Origin: Saprolegnia diclina VS20
Taxonomy: Eukaryota
Assembly: GCF_000281045.1 (NCBI RefSeq)
Contig: NW_008246077.1
Location: 1-40,520, forward strand
Length of the DNA stretch: 40,520 nucleotides
Reading direction: 5' to 3'
Part shown: piece by piece, positions 22,101-35,303 of the stretch
How positions within the stretch are numbered: position 1 is the first letter of the stretch
How the letters are laid out: each line of letters opens with the position of its first letter
The notes under the pieces: model-generated
The model's input: the letters and a program-made list of their open reading frames with translations, nothing else
Told to the model about the DNA's origin: nothing
The model's database searches: none
Position numbers and translations under genes: made by a program

Positions 22101-24363
22101 TTTGAATGGCCTCAAACAATGACCGTAGGCGGCGACTGCCGACGACGTCGATATTGATGATCCGGACTTTTGGAAGAAGGCCGTTGGTCTCGCTGAGCCC
22201 GAAGCCATCGACGAAGCATCATCGCTCGTGCTTAGCTCGCAGCGAAAGCGAACTCGTGTCGCTCGCTTTGGCACAACAAAAGATTTGGTCTCGGACGATG
22301 AGGACGAGGACGAGATCAAAAAGGACAACGAGAAGGCGCTCGCGGTCTCTCGTGAGTGGACTGTCAACGGCCGGGATCGGCTCCAGCGCGCCCTTATGCA
22401 CTTTGGCTTTGGACGATGGGAAATTGTCCGCAGCCAGAGTGGCGGCTCACGATCCGTCGAGGAAGTCGAAGCGTTTGCCCGTGCGTTTGTGCTCGTGTGT
22501 GGACTTTGCTGCAGCGGCGCGACGCAAGCGAGCGACTCGACGTTTGTCCAGAGCGCGATACGCGCCGCGTCAACGGTCAAGCCCGAGTACCTTACAGCCA
22601 TTGATGACCGCGAGGTGTGGACCGAGCGCGCAACGGAGCACATTCCGATTGTCCTTCAAGAAGACGACTTTGTCTCCAAGCTCAAGCAGGGTGGTGCTCG
22701 ACGTGTGCTGTCTCGACTCGACATTCTCAGCCGTCTCCAACACAAGATCAATGCCGCGTGTGAAGCAATTGCAGCGCGGGACAACCTCGTTTTGCCTCTC
22801 GACTTGGACGCGCGTGTCGACCTCGTTGGCTTGGATCGACTCCTCGAGGGTCTTGGCACGGTGAACGTGCCGGATCGCCCGCAGTGGTCCGCCTTGACGC
22901 CATGGTGGGACACATCGGCCGACAAGAACCTGTGCGCGGGTGTCTTCTTGCACGGGTACGGGCGCTGCGCTCAAATTCTTGGCGACCCCCGTATCGTGTT
23001 CCAGCAGCGCGAGGCTGCGTTTGAACCGTCGCCGGCGAGCGACGATGACCCGACGCCAGTCAAGTTTCAGCAGCCAGAAGTGCAGCAAATGAATCGGCTG
23101 CTCATTTGGCTTCTCTCCATTGAAGATGTCCAGCGGCAAAAACAGCAAGAGAAGCGTGACAAGTCGTCATCCGAGGTTGTGCGCACGACGACGCTCGAGC
23201 AGTCGCAAAAAGTCGCAGTCCTTCGGCGACAAGATGCGCTCACGTGGCAACTTGTGCACCTTGATTTGCTCCGCCATTCGGTTCAGCTCCAAAACGCACA
23301 GGTGTTCTATTATTCACCGATATGCACTCCTCACAAATGTCGTATAGGTATGGTCACTCGTAGCGGACGAGAGCAAGACAAGCTTCGTCAAGGACTGGAG
23401 CGTCGACGAGCGTCAGTCTGTGAGCTATGTTCTCAGCCTGTGTGGTGCACCGCTGCTTTTGTCGAGCTACGGGGAATGGAGTTGGCTCCAAGTCGTCGAG
23501 GCGGCGCGCGTTCACAAGTCCGCAGCGCGCACTCAGCGCTATGCGTATGACCGCATGCTCGGCAAATGCCATGAGCTTCTGGGCAAAGACCTTGGCGTGT
23601 CACGATCGCAAAACGAAGTGACGTTTGTGGACCCGTTTCAAGTCTCCGCGTTGCATGGAGCCAAAGCCAAGGTGCTCGCAGGCTTGCTCTTGCGACGAAC
23701 GCAAGTCTACCGGGCAGTTTCGTACGTCCTGCACAACCAAGAAGACGAACTCCAACGACTGCTTCGATCAGGTGTGTCTCGGCTCGCAATGAGCAGAGAA
23801 TAGTATCATGACAATGCCGTGTAGGTCTTCCTTGGCTCACTGACGGGATGCCTGCATGGTGGTGCCCGTGGCGCCATGATATGGCACTGCTGCGGGCTGT
23901 GCTGCGCTTTGGCGTCGGGGCGTTCTTGCAGTTGCATCACCATGGCGAGCTTTGTGTGCGCCGCGTCGTTGACCACGTGCACAAGGCGTTTGTTGCAGAT
24001 CGGCGCCCGCGCGATGTGTCGATGGTGTTCACGTCGCCGCTCGACTTCGAACAGTGGTTGCTCGCTACATGTGCGTCGTTTCCAGCGGCGCAGTTGCTCG
24101 AACAAAAGCTCATGCTTCTATGCTTTGCGCTCACGGACAGCCTACCGACGATGCACGAGAGCAAGCTGAGCCCCGAGTACGACATTGATGGTGTCATGCC
24201 GATGCCGATGGTGGACAGTGTCGTTACCAACCAGCGCGCGGCCATTTTGCACACGCTGCAGCCGTCGCATCCAAGGAAAGCGGTGTCAACATCGCTGCAA
24301 GAAGTTCTGGACCAAACCAAGGCCACCCGAGATGCCTATGAGCACAGCGCCGTCACGTGTTGA
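19166..24363 (+). CDS. CHD-family (CHD6-9/Kismet-type) SNF2 chromatin remodeler, ~1642 aa; exons 19166-19214, 19282-21839, 21893-22078, 22129-23301, 23348-23771, 23825-24363
   Basis: PHD finger (YCVC...IECSRGTGGCNSWVHPAC...YICPLC) and RanBP2-type zinc finger. Two chromodomains (FLIKWKGYSYMHASWE, LLIKWRVLSYAECTWE). SNF2 motifs ILADEMGLGKT, DEAH and QAQARAHRIGQ, and the subfamily-III signature EIDELLKRGAY...FSKASF...DDPDFW. All five GT-AG introns restore frame. Confidence 0.93.
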
Positions 24364-24399
24364 TCAGCACAGCCCGCCACGTCTTGTGATATGACGATG

Positions 24400-24905
24400 A
24401 ATGGACTTCTTTCCATATTCTCTTCGTCTAATCTTCCTATGGCGGCCAACCAGATTTCAGCATGTTGCAGTATCCTAGCAGGAACGTTCAGTGGTGTACC
24501 AGCATCCAGCGCCCGTTGAAACCAACGTACGCGTTGAGTTTGTGCGTGAGGAATGCTGGCTTCTCGCCTTTTGTCATATTGTAGCCCCAATTCGAGTGGG
24601 CTGTGATACTTTTCGTTGGGTTTGAACTTGGAACTCAAGATGCAGACCCGAACAATACACTGGATCTTGTTGACATTCGTCAAAGATAGAGGTGTCACCA
24701 CAGTCCGGCCAATGAAGGTGCGACCCTAACGTCCCCATTTGAGGAGACTCGACTGGACCTTCCGGACTACATTTGGTAATCGTGGTATGATTGCGGCATT
24801 GTGACCAAACTGTATGCCTAGATACTGCACTGGTACACCCGTCACTAAGACCGTGAGATCGAATGCGGGCCATGTTTGCGGAGGCCGGTTTTGGTTCAGG
24901 GCCAA
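24400..24905 (-). mobile_element. L1/Tx1-like LINE fragment (RT C-terminal/thumb region)
   Basis: VPVQYLGIQFG followed by LLKWGR and a TxIGR-like segment. The fragment is frameshifted. Confidence 0.65.
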
Positions 24906-25115
24906 AGGGCCGTTTCCAAGAAGTGGAGGAGGTTTTCCGCGCAAGTCCGAGTGATCTAGAAGACCAGGATCCAAAAGCAAACACAAGATCCAAGAACCAA
25001 GATCCTGGCGCAGAGCAAGTGAGCTCGAGCCATCCACGAATCTATAGCGCGCTCAGGCTTTCACGTGTCTATACCAAGCACTGGCGGTCTACCAACACGC
25101 AATATCTAGCGCCCC
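24906..25115 (-). repeat. ~210-bp dispersed repeat (probable LTR portion of the adjacent Gypsy element), homologous to 34752-34946
   Basis: Colinear similarity, e.g. AGGGCCGTTTCCAAGAAGTGGAGGAGGTTTTCCGCGCAA vs AGGGCCATTCCCAACAAGTGGAAGAGGCTTTCCGCGCAA. A G-rich PPT-like tract lies at its minus-strand 5' edge. Confidence 0.6.
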
Positions 25116-28090
25116 TACCATTTGCGTCCCTGGCGGGCGTGGGTGCGATACGGTCCGTTTTCCCTTCCCATCTCTGCACCTTTGTTTTTTATTCGACTGG
25201 CGCTCCAACTTCGCTCATTGTTTGTCCACATATGCACGTTCGGCTACGCGATCTCAGTGTAGTACGACGAGGGTGCGCTTGCCTTGGTCATTGATCTGCT
25301 CGACGACGCCGACAATTTTATCCAACAACGCGACGTCATCAGTGCCGTAGAGCAACAGCCGTTCACGGTTTTCGTTTTCTTTTCCACCTCGCGATAGCAT
25401 CCTGCGGCATCGCTGGCGTCGTCGCAGACGTCACAAGCTTCCCGGGCACAGATCCGCGACCCAGCTCACACCCAGCGCGGCAAGCCACAAGGCGGTGGCA
25501 CTACGTTGGCCAAGCGGTCTAAGCCGCGCAGACCAAGCACGCCCGCCAATTCCGCCAGACGTTCCGCGCAACACATCGAAGCTCGAGAGCCTGATCTCTG
25601 TTAGGTACAATTGGCGCACGGGTGTTGACGAGCGGCCGCACATCCACACAGTTACGATGTATCTCACTAACGTCGCCCGAAGGCGTGTTGGGGTGCTCTG
25701 GGTGCGGACTTGAGGCTGTAAAGCATCCAAGATGGGTAATCGTGCGTCCCACCTTGAAGAAATCACGCAGCTACACCCGCTCGGTTCGTCAACGGTGCCA
25801 GAACCAACAGCTCTGTGCTCGAATCAACCGCAATTGGGCATATGCGCGTCCTCGGGCGCGGCCGAGCTACTTGCCACTCGGACTGTCGAGGCGTCTTCGG
25901 ACGCGGTCGAGTCGAATGCTTCCTGGTCTGTGTGCATCTTCAGTGGTACGATGATATATTGTCAAGCACGGTTGTCGAGAGCCGACTTGATGGTCCTAAT
26001 GCCAACGCCAATGGGAAAGAGAAGAAAAGACAACACCTACGGCGCTCGAGCACCGAACCTCCTGCACGTGAAGCACGAATTCACCGATTGGACAAAAGGT
26101 GGTCGACTACGTGCTATCTGCAGCTTGACAACGGTGACATCCGGCAGCGCTCGCTACATGGCTCGACTGAGCCAACCATGGGACGCGTCTACCTCTTACG
26201 CTCAGCGAGAAGGCGACCCATCCATAATCCGTCAAGTACTTTTTGTGCAAGCGGTCTCTCTCGGAACTTCGAGTTTGGAGTAGTCAGTATACGGCCACCG
26301 AGAAATTGGCTCGCGTCCAAGCATGCATGTGGGTAGTTCGCGCCCATGGCCGATCCAATCCGCAATTTGGAGCGCGTACTGTACTCGCTGCGCCATGTTT
26401 GCTTGCGCGCGAACGCTGCACGTGGCCTACTACACCAAGTACTAACACAGACTCTACTGGACGTTTGCTTATTCTGGGCTCGTGCAGGCTCTAGTTCCCG
26501 GCCCGAGCTGCCTCAATGTACTGGACGCGACCTTTTTGGTGGCGCACTCCAAGCACTTCCCAACGTACGTCTTCAACAACTCCTCCCGGTCATCTACACG
26601 CTTTAAACGGACGACACCAACGTTGGCATCGCCATCGTTGACCATCGAACTGGTGCGCGAGTATCGCTGGTAGAACACCGCCCCAGCAAACGACGCTCCC
26701 CTACGAGCTCAGCTCGCTCGTCATGGTTCACCCGCGGCGAGCCGCGGACCCCTGGCTCTACCTGCCGGCACCACGACAATCTGCACCGATGATTTTTCAG
26801 AGAAGGATCGATGCGGTAGCTGCTGCCCACTCGGCCTCGAGAAGATGTGCCTCCAACCTCTCTCGGTCGGCGAACGTCTCTCATCCACGTCTTGTCTTTT
26901 TCGAGCGGCGAGTCGTTCAAACATTCACACTTCCGCAAGGACGTCTTACCACTGCTCTCGTGGCTACGCTTGGCCGACGTAGCAGCGGGCATCACTCGGT
27001 CACGGGCAGAGGTACATAACCTAGTCACATGCGGCAGCTCCAACGAGCGCGGACGTGATGGGCACATCGGGCGACACTGCTGCAGTTTTTCTCGACACCT
27101 GCGGGGTTGTGCAACTGACAGCAACCACTTTTGGGTTGGCGCTACACGTATCGGCATCAGTCTTCTGGCTTCCACCGGCTACTGCAGCTTCATCGACGTA
27201 TTCCGCGTAGTCGGCAACGCGATCATGCGGCTCGTCCAAGGCGTATCTCCGAGCAGCATCATTTTCAGCACAACTCGGCTCACACTCCACTTTGGGTGCT
27301 TCAACTACAAGTATGCATCGACGAATATATCCTCATCGAGCTCGCGTCAAACGTTGACATGCTCGTAACACTGGAACCAAAACATCGTCAACGAGAAGGC
27401 GACCCATCCATGATCCGTCACGTTTTCTGGGCCAGCGACCTCGTTCGGAACCTCGAGTTTGGTGTCGTCTCTATGCTCACCGAAAAATTGGCGCGCGTCC
27501 ATGCATGTTCACGCTCACAGCCGAACCGCCCCGCGTTTTGTGGAGCGAGAAACTTTGCTCGCGCACGGCCGCTCACCAAGCACAACACAGTTTTCTACTG
27601 GGCGCTCGCTTATTTTGGCCTCGCGCAGGCTTCCGTTCCCGGCCCGAGCTGACCTCACGTACTGGGCGCGACCTTTTCGGTGGCGCGCATCGAGCAAGTC
27701 CCAACGTACGCCTTTGGCAACTCCTCCCGGTCATCTACACGCTAAAGATGGACGCCGCCGCCGTCGGCATCGCCATCATGGACCATTGGCACGGTTCATT
27801 CGACTTGCTGACGTGGAAGAGGAGCCTAGCAAGGCAACGACGATGCAAAGCTGATGTCGACACCTCCATGAACGCCCGCGAACGCTTGGGCGTTGATCTC
27901 ACGGCGTGAGAGTGGGGAAAAGAATTTTGGAACCCTTCAGCACCCCAACCGTCATCATCGAGGTGCTGGCCATCAACACCACTGCACTCGTGTGGCAACT
28001 TGACGTTCTCTGTGGCATTGTCCAGTGGTGTATGGTGTCAACATCGCGTCACTTCGGCGGCACAAGCAGTGCACTGGCTCCGGGTCTCGA
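25116..28090 (-). mobile_element. Heavily decayed Ty3/Gypsy pol (RNase H end and integrase) with a duplicated integrase segment
   Basis: Integrase zinc-finger remnant YVGKCLECATKK and an AGR..RG region, with post-core SASRIK-type sequence. Segments 26206-26647 and 27392-27788 are diverged copies. Confidence 0.65.
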
Positions 28091-28949
28091 TACGTCACAT
28101 TCCAGGACGTAGCAACTCGCTCCTAGACACAGCCGTCGCCACAACATACGTAAACACGAAAGACCCACACGGCTTCGTGGGCAGACATACCGAATACAGC
28201 ACATCTGTGCTGGATGTACCGAGCACTCGACAAAAACGCGCAGCAGCCTTGGCTGTCATCTTGGTCAAGATACGAGCAGCGGTCAACTTACACACACGTC
28301 TGGCGCGAATGGACAACCTTCCCCAAGCTCGACGCAGCCCTGTACGCCTCGACCCTCATCATCCCAAGCTCCCGAGTCATGTGCATTCAAAATCGATGAC
28401 GCGGAGTCACTTAACGACAAGAATCAAACTCTCAAGCACCAAGAAGACATCAAGGCAAGGGATCCCACGTACGCATCCAAGGCCCCAAGATCGATCGCAC
28501 ATGTCGAGACGTGCATCTACAGATCGAGCCATCACCCACACCTCGACTATGCTCCGTGACGACAACGCGGAACCTCTCTCATCATGCTCAAGACAACAAC
28601 AACTCGCTCAGTACCACGCTACGCGACGTTTTCGGCAACTGAGACGCTACAATGCAAAGCAGCGTCGCGCGATAAAGATTGTAGCAGCGGTGTGCCAAAA
28701 ACCTCGAGCAACTTCGCGACACACTAGCTCCGAAACGGCGGTGCTACGGCCTGTTTTCGTGGCAGCGTGCCAGACCTCGCCGTCCCGAAACTCGGCAAGA
28801 AGTCATCGGACGTACTCACGAAACACACCACCATCAACGAGTTACCTCTCACCGACCTCACCACAACTCGGATGATTCCAACCGCGTGGCGTCGTCTCCA
28901 GGGAACCAACTCGCCCACAACTGGCATGGCGGACATCTATACGGTTGTT

Positions 28950-30090
28950 GCCCCCAAGTAGCTCGGTCTTATTTGAGGTCGTGCCAAATCCATCGACATT
29001 CTTGTATTGGGCGGTGGTGTTTCCGCTCTTGCAGACACCGGTAGACCACGTGATCATGAATGTTGCGGGCAGAGGAAAGCCTCGTTGGTTCTCGTGGATG
29101 AGCTTTGGAAGCAAGCCGCCGAGATAATGACTAGTCCGAGGCGTCGCCACCCTTGGGTAGCAGCGCGACTGCCGACGTGCGCTGAGGCTTGAGGAGCTCA
29201 CGGCGCTTTCGTTGATGCTTGAAGACGATGTAAACTATGGAAGCAAAGGTCGAGGAATCCAGTTTGTAAAAAGAGGCCGGGAAACCGTCCAATTCCGGCG
29301 CCTTGTCTGGTACCATTGTCCGAACTGACGACGTTAATGTCCTTGACACTTACAGGCAGATCCAAGAGCTCTCGGTCTTCTTGCGCGACACTCTTTTCAC
29401 TTGATCGAGAAACGAGTCGCGTAGTGCAACACCGGGGTTCTGGAAATCGTCGGAACGCATCATTGTTGACTACTTGTGGTTGAAGACATGGTGAATATCC
29501 TCCATCACCGTCACTACGTTGCTATCCGCACGTCGCATCTCTTGGACCGTGGTACGATTTGAGCCAGAACCCCGGGCTCGAAGAAAGTGACGTGTCAGGC
29601 ATCGGTTGCGTGCGGTGAAGTTCAAAGTTCACGTCCTTGGCTTTCTGGTGGGCGCTCTGTTGTGACTTCGTGTATGCTTCGCGTGGCACTGCGATCTCTG
29701 CCTCGGACAACTCGCCCTGGCAGTGATGGCACTCTGCCACTTGCCAGATGACCTTCACCTGCAGCTTGCAGCGGCGGTCAATGCTCATGTACCATCGATG
29801 GCAATCTTGGAGGAAGGTCTTGGTGCACCTTTTCCGGTCGGTTCACGCTTTCCCGAGGCGATGGTCTCGGGTGGCTATTCCAAGAACGCAGACACGCCTT
29901 CCTTGATGGCGTCGGCGACCTCTTAAAGACCGAGAAGCTCCTTGTGTAGTCAGTCGCCAGTACGCGTGCAGCGGCACTGGAGGTACTAAATTGACGACCA
30001 GCCATTGGCTCATGTGGTTTCCAGTCGTTTTGCTCGGTCCTTTCTCGTACCCGGAGGTAAACATGTAAATAGCGACCACAGCACCATGAC
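28950..30090 (-). mobile_element. Decayed L1/Tx1-like LINE segment (endonuclease end through RT N-terminus)
   Basis: DKAPELDGFPASFYK, SAVALLPKGGD and LLPKLIHENQRGF. Confidence 0.8.
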
Positions 30091-30099
30091 AAAGATGAG

Positions 30100-30620
30100 G
30101 ACCAAGCGATTCACCAGGCCAACATATTTGCAACGAGAGCGCCACAGTAACCCACGACATCACCAACGGAATGCCGGCAACACTCTCGGGCTACCTCTAC
30201 TTGACGCCGAAGATGGCCTCCAACATGCACCGAGCCGCATTCCACTACCGCTGCCCAGCGCTCCGCACCTGCGTCTGGTTCACCGTCTGACGCGTCCGAA
30301 ACGATCACGTCTTTCGCGCCGACCTACCACTGCCAAGCCATTGACGATTGCCGCCATGGCGGCGGGTGTCGCTCAAATACACTTGCACTACAGCCTCGTT
30401 CAAAAGCCCGGGCAGATGAATCTACGTCGCCTTCTCCGGCTCCTCGCTCATCACGAGTGGCCGCGCCAGCACCTTGTCCTGCGGACCGCGCTCCTGCCTC
30501 CGGCAGCCTAGATCAAGTTCAATACCCGCGCCTACACAACGAAGAAAGTCCGACAATTATATTTGGCGTGGATTTACATATCTATTTTAACAGACGACCC
30601 ACTTCAACAACAACAAAAAC
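30100..30620 (+). mobile_element. LINE 3' end (ORF2 C-terminus, 3' UTR and CAA-repeat tail)
   Basis: LRTCVWFTV*RVRNDHVFR matches the IW..RN..VF motif of L1-type ORF2 C-termini. The tail CAACAACAACAAAAA lies at ~30605-30619. Confidence 0.55.
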
Positions 30621-31019
30621 GTCGCCAACGGGACAATACGTAGCTACAGTGTATGTACTGTTGTGGTTACTAGGCTTGATTTATGGCACGATCGTACCAC
30701 TATAGTTGCCATCGCACACGGTCCATCCAACGGTGTCATTGACTTGCCGTACGAACATGACTTAGTCATTCATTGTTCAAGTAAAACCTCCTGGTCGGAG
30801 AGTGGCCACCGTATCTAAACGCGGAGACAGGCGCATCGGTTCCACTACAAGTGCCTACCGGTCGTATCCAAGGCGTGCGGTTCGCATCGGCAAGGAGCGA
30901 CAGAGGTACACCTCGCACGCGCTCACGCTCACATTCACTAGAGTAAGCCTAGTGGGCCTGGGACCACTCTTTTCTTGAAACAAAGTCTGAACTGTTAATA
31001 GGGTCACCACACCAATCCC

Positions 31020-33200
31020 AAGGCGAGAACAAGAATACTATTTCTCAATGCCTGTCGAGGACGAGCATCAGAGCATGGACGACTGCCCTGATCAAGCGCC
31101 TCATCCAAGACGGCCGCCTGGAAGCCATGCTCGCTGCATACGGCTTCGAGATCCAGACTAACATGGCGATGGTATCGCTCAACAGCCAAGCGGGTGCGGC
31201 CATGCCAGGAAGAATTCATCTCCGACGACCGAAGGCAAGGAACGGGTACCCCACGGCCGACATCTCTTCGACTAGTACGGCAGATCGAGAGCTTCGACCC
31301 TCGCCGCGCTACCGAACGCGCAAGAAGAGATCGTCAATCAGCATAGGCAGTCTTTGCAGGCGCCCAGGTTTAGCTACCGGCACGCTCCATCTCTTGGCTC
31401 CTCCACGTCGGCGTTTCCAGCAACGCCAGTCGAGCCAGCGTCTGGATATTACAACCAACACGGGCGACTTTCTCGAGCGCCCGCTTCCGGCAGCCAACAT
31501 GCGCCGTCTTTTGGGCCCTCGGCACCCGATCCTCGGACGGTGTCGTTCGGACCTGCGTATAGCGTCACCTCCATTGCGGGAGTGCAGGTGGTCGATTACG
31601 AGAAGACCATGACCAAGCTCTTCGCCCCGGGCGCCAAACCGACGACAACGAAACCCATGTTTTCGTTTCAAGGCGGCCGCATGCCAAGTCTTGATCGTCA
31701 CTCTCAACGCATGCCCGAGTATCCGAGTCCATTCCAGCACAGACAAGTACCGTGCCCAAGCCCAGCGTCAACTCCTGTGACAAACGCGATGCTGAAGTTC
31801 AGTCGGTCGACCGAAGACGACAATGACGAAGCAACAGCAACTGCAATGAGCCCTCCTCATGAAGCGGCGCCCAGTGACGTCCAAGTCCAGCCGCAGGCGA
31901 CTTTGCATCCGCAGCAACAACGCGCCAAGTCAAGCCTCACCTCTACTTGTGCGGCGACGAAGATGCCAATTACCAGTAACTTGACCGAAGCGACGGCAGC
32001 CGAGTCGCCTGCAGTGACAAGCTGCCAGCCCCAGAGCAACGACTTGTCCAGCGTCAACGAAGCGGCTCTCATGCCTTTGGTGACACACCTTCCCGTGACA
32101 ACTGACCATGTGACGTCGGACATTGCTGCGATCCACACCGCGTCGGCACCAGCGCAAAACTCGAACGGCGACGTCAACTCGCGCACAAGCCGCAAACCAG
32201 TCAACAAGGACGAAGTCGAGCGCAGCACTGCGATGAACAAGGTCCAAGTCCAACACGACGACTGCGACACCATGTCGCCAATCCAGGCTCATGCCAGCGG
32301 CACCATCGCCGTAATCAAGTGCAACTGAGCCACTCGACATCAGCGTGCCAATGCATTGGAAGGTCCAAGGTAGCATCGCGGAGAAGCTCGCAACCGCGTC
32401 GCGGTCTTCCATCACCGCGATATATCAAGTGTCCTCTGAGATGACGTCGAGTGCGCCATACCCAGGAGCTCAAGGGCCGCTACACGACGAGCCGCGGCTT
32501 CCGGACACACCGACCACGGACGACGTTGCTTGGCCATCGACGGGCGGGGTACGGCCGGCGCGGAACCAAGCTCTGGCCGTTGACCTTAACTACTACGACG
32601 TGCTTCCACAACCCAAGGACGTCTGTGAGGTTGACCTTACTGATGGCCTGCGCGAACGGCTATCTGCGTACGACACGGACATCAGCTCCGTCGGTCTCTC
32701 GGCGCTCTACTCGAGCTGTGCAACGTTACGCTCGACGACAAACATCAAGGTGCTCGTATCCAGCTTCCAGCAACGAGCTCAACCAGCCATGGCATTCTCA
32801 AGGAAACTTACAGCCGCGACACGACAGAAGTGCTCGACTGGCTTTCTAACAAGGCCTCCCGCGCGATACTCACTGACATCTGCCCCCAAGGACCCAACCC
32901 TTTGCAAGGCGCCGACATCCCGTCGACAAGTCCAATTAACTCGAAGATGCGCTTTTTCTCGTCACGGATGGCCTCAACATCGACCTGCTCCAGGATGCGA
33001 CCAAGTAGCAACGTCCAGCGGACGAGCGACGCGCCAGCGAGCTCAAAGAAGATCATGATTTCCCTCGAAAGTCAAGCATGCGCGACAAACTCCCGAAAAT
33101 TATCATCCGAGCTGTGGGCTGCACATGGGGGAGTGTTTTGGGCTTTCGAAACTTCGACCTGCATTCGTGAGATTCAAGATGGCCATCAAACCTTGATGGA
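31020..33200 (+). mobile_element. Probable decayed LINE ORF1 (gag-like, low-complexity P/T/S/A-rich)
   Basis: Consecutive frameshifted ORFs with no clean splice junctions, embedded in a TE block. The assignment rests on context and composition only. Confidence 0.3.
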
Positions 33201-33579
33201 ATGACGAACGGGTCCAATCCAGCGATCTCATTGGCTGAAACTCCAACAAAATTCATAAGCTCCATCTAGCGTCAAAACTACGAAGTTTGCCCGAACTGGC
33301 AACTTTTATCACTCGGGGGGCCAAATGCTCCATCAGCAAAAAGGGTGATCGATGGAAAAACGGGTCAAACGGGTACGGGAGCCGCATGCCATTTTATTAG
33401 CAATTAAATCTCCAAGTCCTCCCCAGCTTGGGCCATCTTCTCAATGGCCGCAAACTTTGCGTGTACGAGCTTGGCATCCCCGAGAGTCGTTTTCATCGCT
33501 AAACGTGCTTTCTTCATGGCTACGCGCTCAGTTTTCAGGTCGAGGCGTCTTTCTTTCCTTGGCGACTAAGCGACCTCTA

Positions 33580-33925
33580 TCAATGGCAAAAGGATCGCTT
33601 GTCAAGCTCAAGAGCGTGGCCATGCCGTCCTGGCTCTTGACGCGCTTCGTCGAAGAGTTCGAAACAAAGACGTTTGCCTTGGCTGGGCGCGCGGCTAATG
33701 GTGGTAAAGCGTAGACCCGGCATGCGAACGCTAGCCGTTGTGCGCTAGACGCCAAAGCACGGGATGAAGCAGGAAGCAGGCTCGTCGGCTGTTGGGGCTT
33801 CCATAGCCCCACGAGCGTGCACTATCGCCTTGCAGGAAGGAAAGCATGGTGAAGATCATTCGGCACATGGAAGTGTGCATTGTGCTGCACAACTTGTGCT
33901 GTACTGACGCTGTTCCAGACAATTA
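33580..33925 (+). pseudogene. Possible PIF/Harbinger transposase C-terminal remnant
   Basis: WGFHSPTSVHYRLAGRKSMVKIIRHMEVCIVLHNLC resembles the RW...I..C..LHN end of Harbinger transposases. The catalytic core is absent. Confidence 0.4.
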
Positions 33926-34751
33926 AGTCGAAGTTGAGCTTCCCGACGACTCGCGCATTCGAAACGACAACGCCGCGTCCGACCTGTACGTAACGACTTG
34001 AAGGAACAAGGGTGGAAAAGATCGCCGTCAAGCTTGGCTCGTCAGCATTTGCAACTAAAAACACACTGTGTTCTGTGGTTCAAGCGGATTTTTTTTATGG
34101 AAATGTTTTTGGTGCCGCCCTTTTTTCCGCACTTCTGATTGGACAAAAATCAGCGAATTGTTTTTCCATCAATAATAAAGGTTTGGTGGCCAGCTTGAAT
34201 CCCACTATAAATGACGATGTCTTTAGCAAGGCAGATGTACTCGTTGCTGCAGCCTTCGTTGGCTGCTTGCATGAGCAAAACATGCGTGTGAGGTAGGAAC
34301 CCTTTGCGTTTGGAACTTGATGACCAGAGAGTACTGTAGTCCACAAATGCCTTAATTGTAGCCTAGCTCTTGTCGCTGCGCCTCCGACGAATATCACATT
34401 CAAGCTGTGCGAGTGGAAAAATGTATGGAGAGAGAGCAGCGTAGTCGTCGTTATATCCCTTGAACCACACAAGCGGCTTGTCGGGGTCGAGCAATCGATC
34501 GGCTCCGAGCAAGAGGACATCATTGGGCTGTCCGCAGTGCTGGCAATACGGTCTGTAGTGGAGAGGGCACCCCTACCGCGTCGTTGAGCGTAGATGAGTT
34601 GCGTGGGGACAAAAGCGTTGTTCGGTGCGATTGGAAGCTGGTCAGTCAACGATGCCGGTTCCATCGGGCAGCGACAGCAAGCAAAATGTGGCATAGGCAC
34701 TGTTATGCTCGTGCAATATCTCGCAGGCATGCTTGTACTGTCCATTGTAGC

Positions 34752-34946
34752 AGGGCCATTCCCAACAAGTGGAAGAGGCTTTCCGCGCAAAGCCGTGCGA
34801 TCTGGAGAATCAAGATCTAAGAGCAAATACAAGATCCATGTTCCAGGCGCAGAGCGAGCAAGCTCAAGCCAATCCCGAATTTGTAGTGTCAGTCAATTAG
34901 TTTCGCCAACCACTGGCACGGCGAACACAAACATGGTTGCTGCCCC
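34752..34946 (-). repeat. Second copy of the LTR-like repeat at 24906-25115 (possibly part of a longer solo LTR extending toward ~34300)
   Basis: Direct-orientation homology to 24906-25115. Both copies give similar pseudo-translations (LLLD...LRGKP.PL.GNGP). Confidence 0.6.
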
Positions 34947-35303
34947 CGCGTAGTTCTGTTTTAAATTAAGAATTTGGATTCTACGCAATGCAGCCAAGTT
35001 TGCAGCGAAGCAGTGACTTCAGACAAAGACAGAATTGTCGACTGACCATAGACAGGCGCACGGAGCAATAGCCGCAGCGCTCTTTAAGTTCCCCTCTAGA
35101 GCTGTCGACAGCGTGAATCTAAGGGTTCGCTCAATTTATCACGAACGCCATCGGTGCGGGAACCTGTACGTATTAGATGCTAGTGAAATAGTAGGCTACC
35201 TTGTAACGATGCAGTCAAAATTAGTGGACTTAATAGCACTTTATGTTGTTTACTTCATTCGAGTAAATTTTAGTGCTTTCTTCATTTTGTCTTCCATGTA
35301 AAA

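Noticed and set aside
16567..23148. Many long antisense ORFs over the coiled-coil and CHD genes
   Set aside because: These are shadow ORFs expected from GC-rich codon bias, with no independent motifs.
25060..25110. Chromodomain remnant at the end of the Gypsy integrase
   Set aside because: The segment falls inside the repeat shared with 34752-34946, whose second copy lacks the motif. It is better explained as LTR-like DNA.
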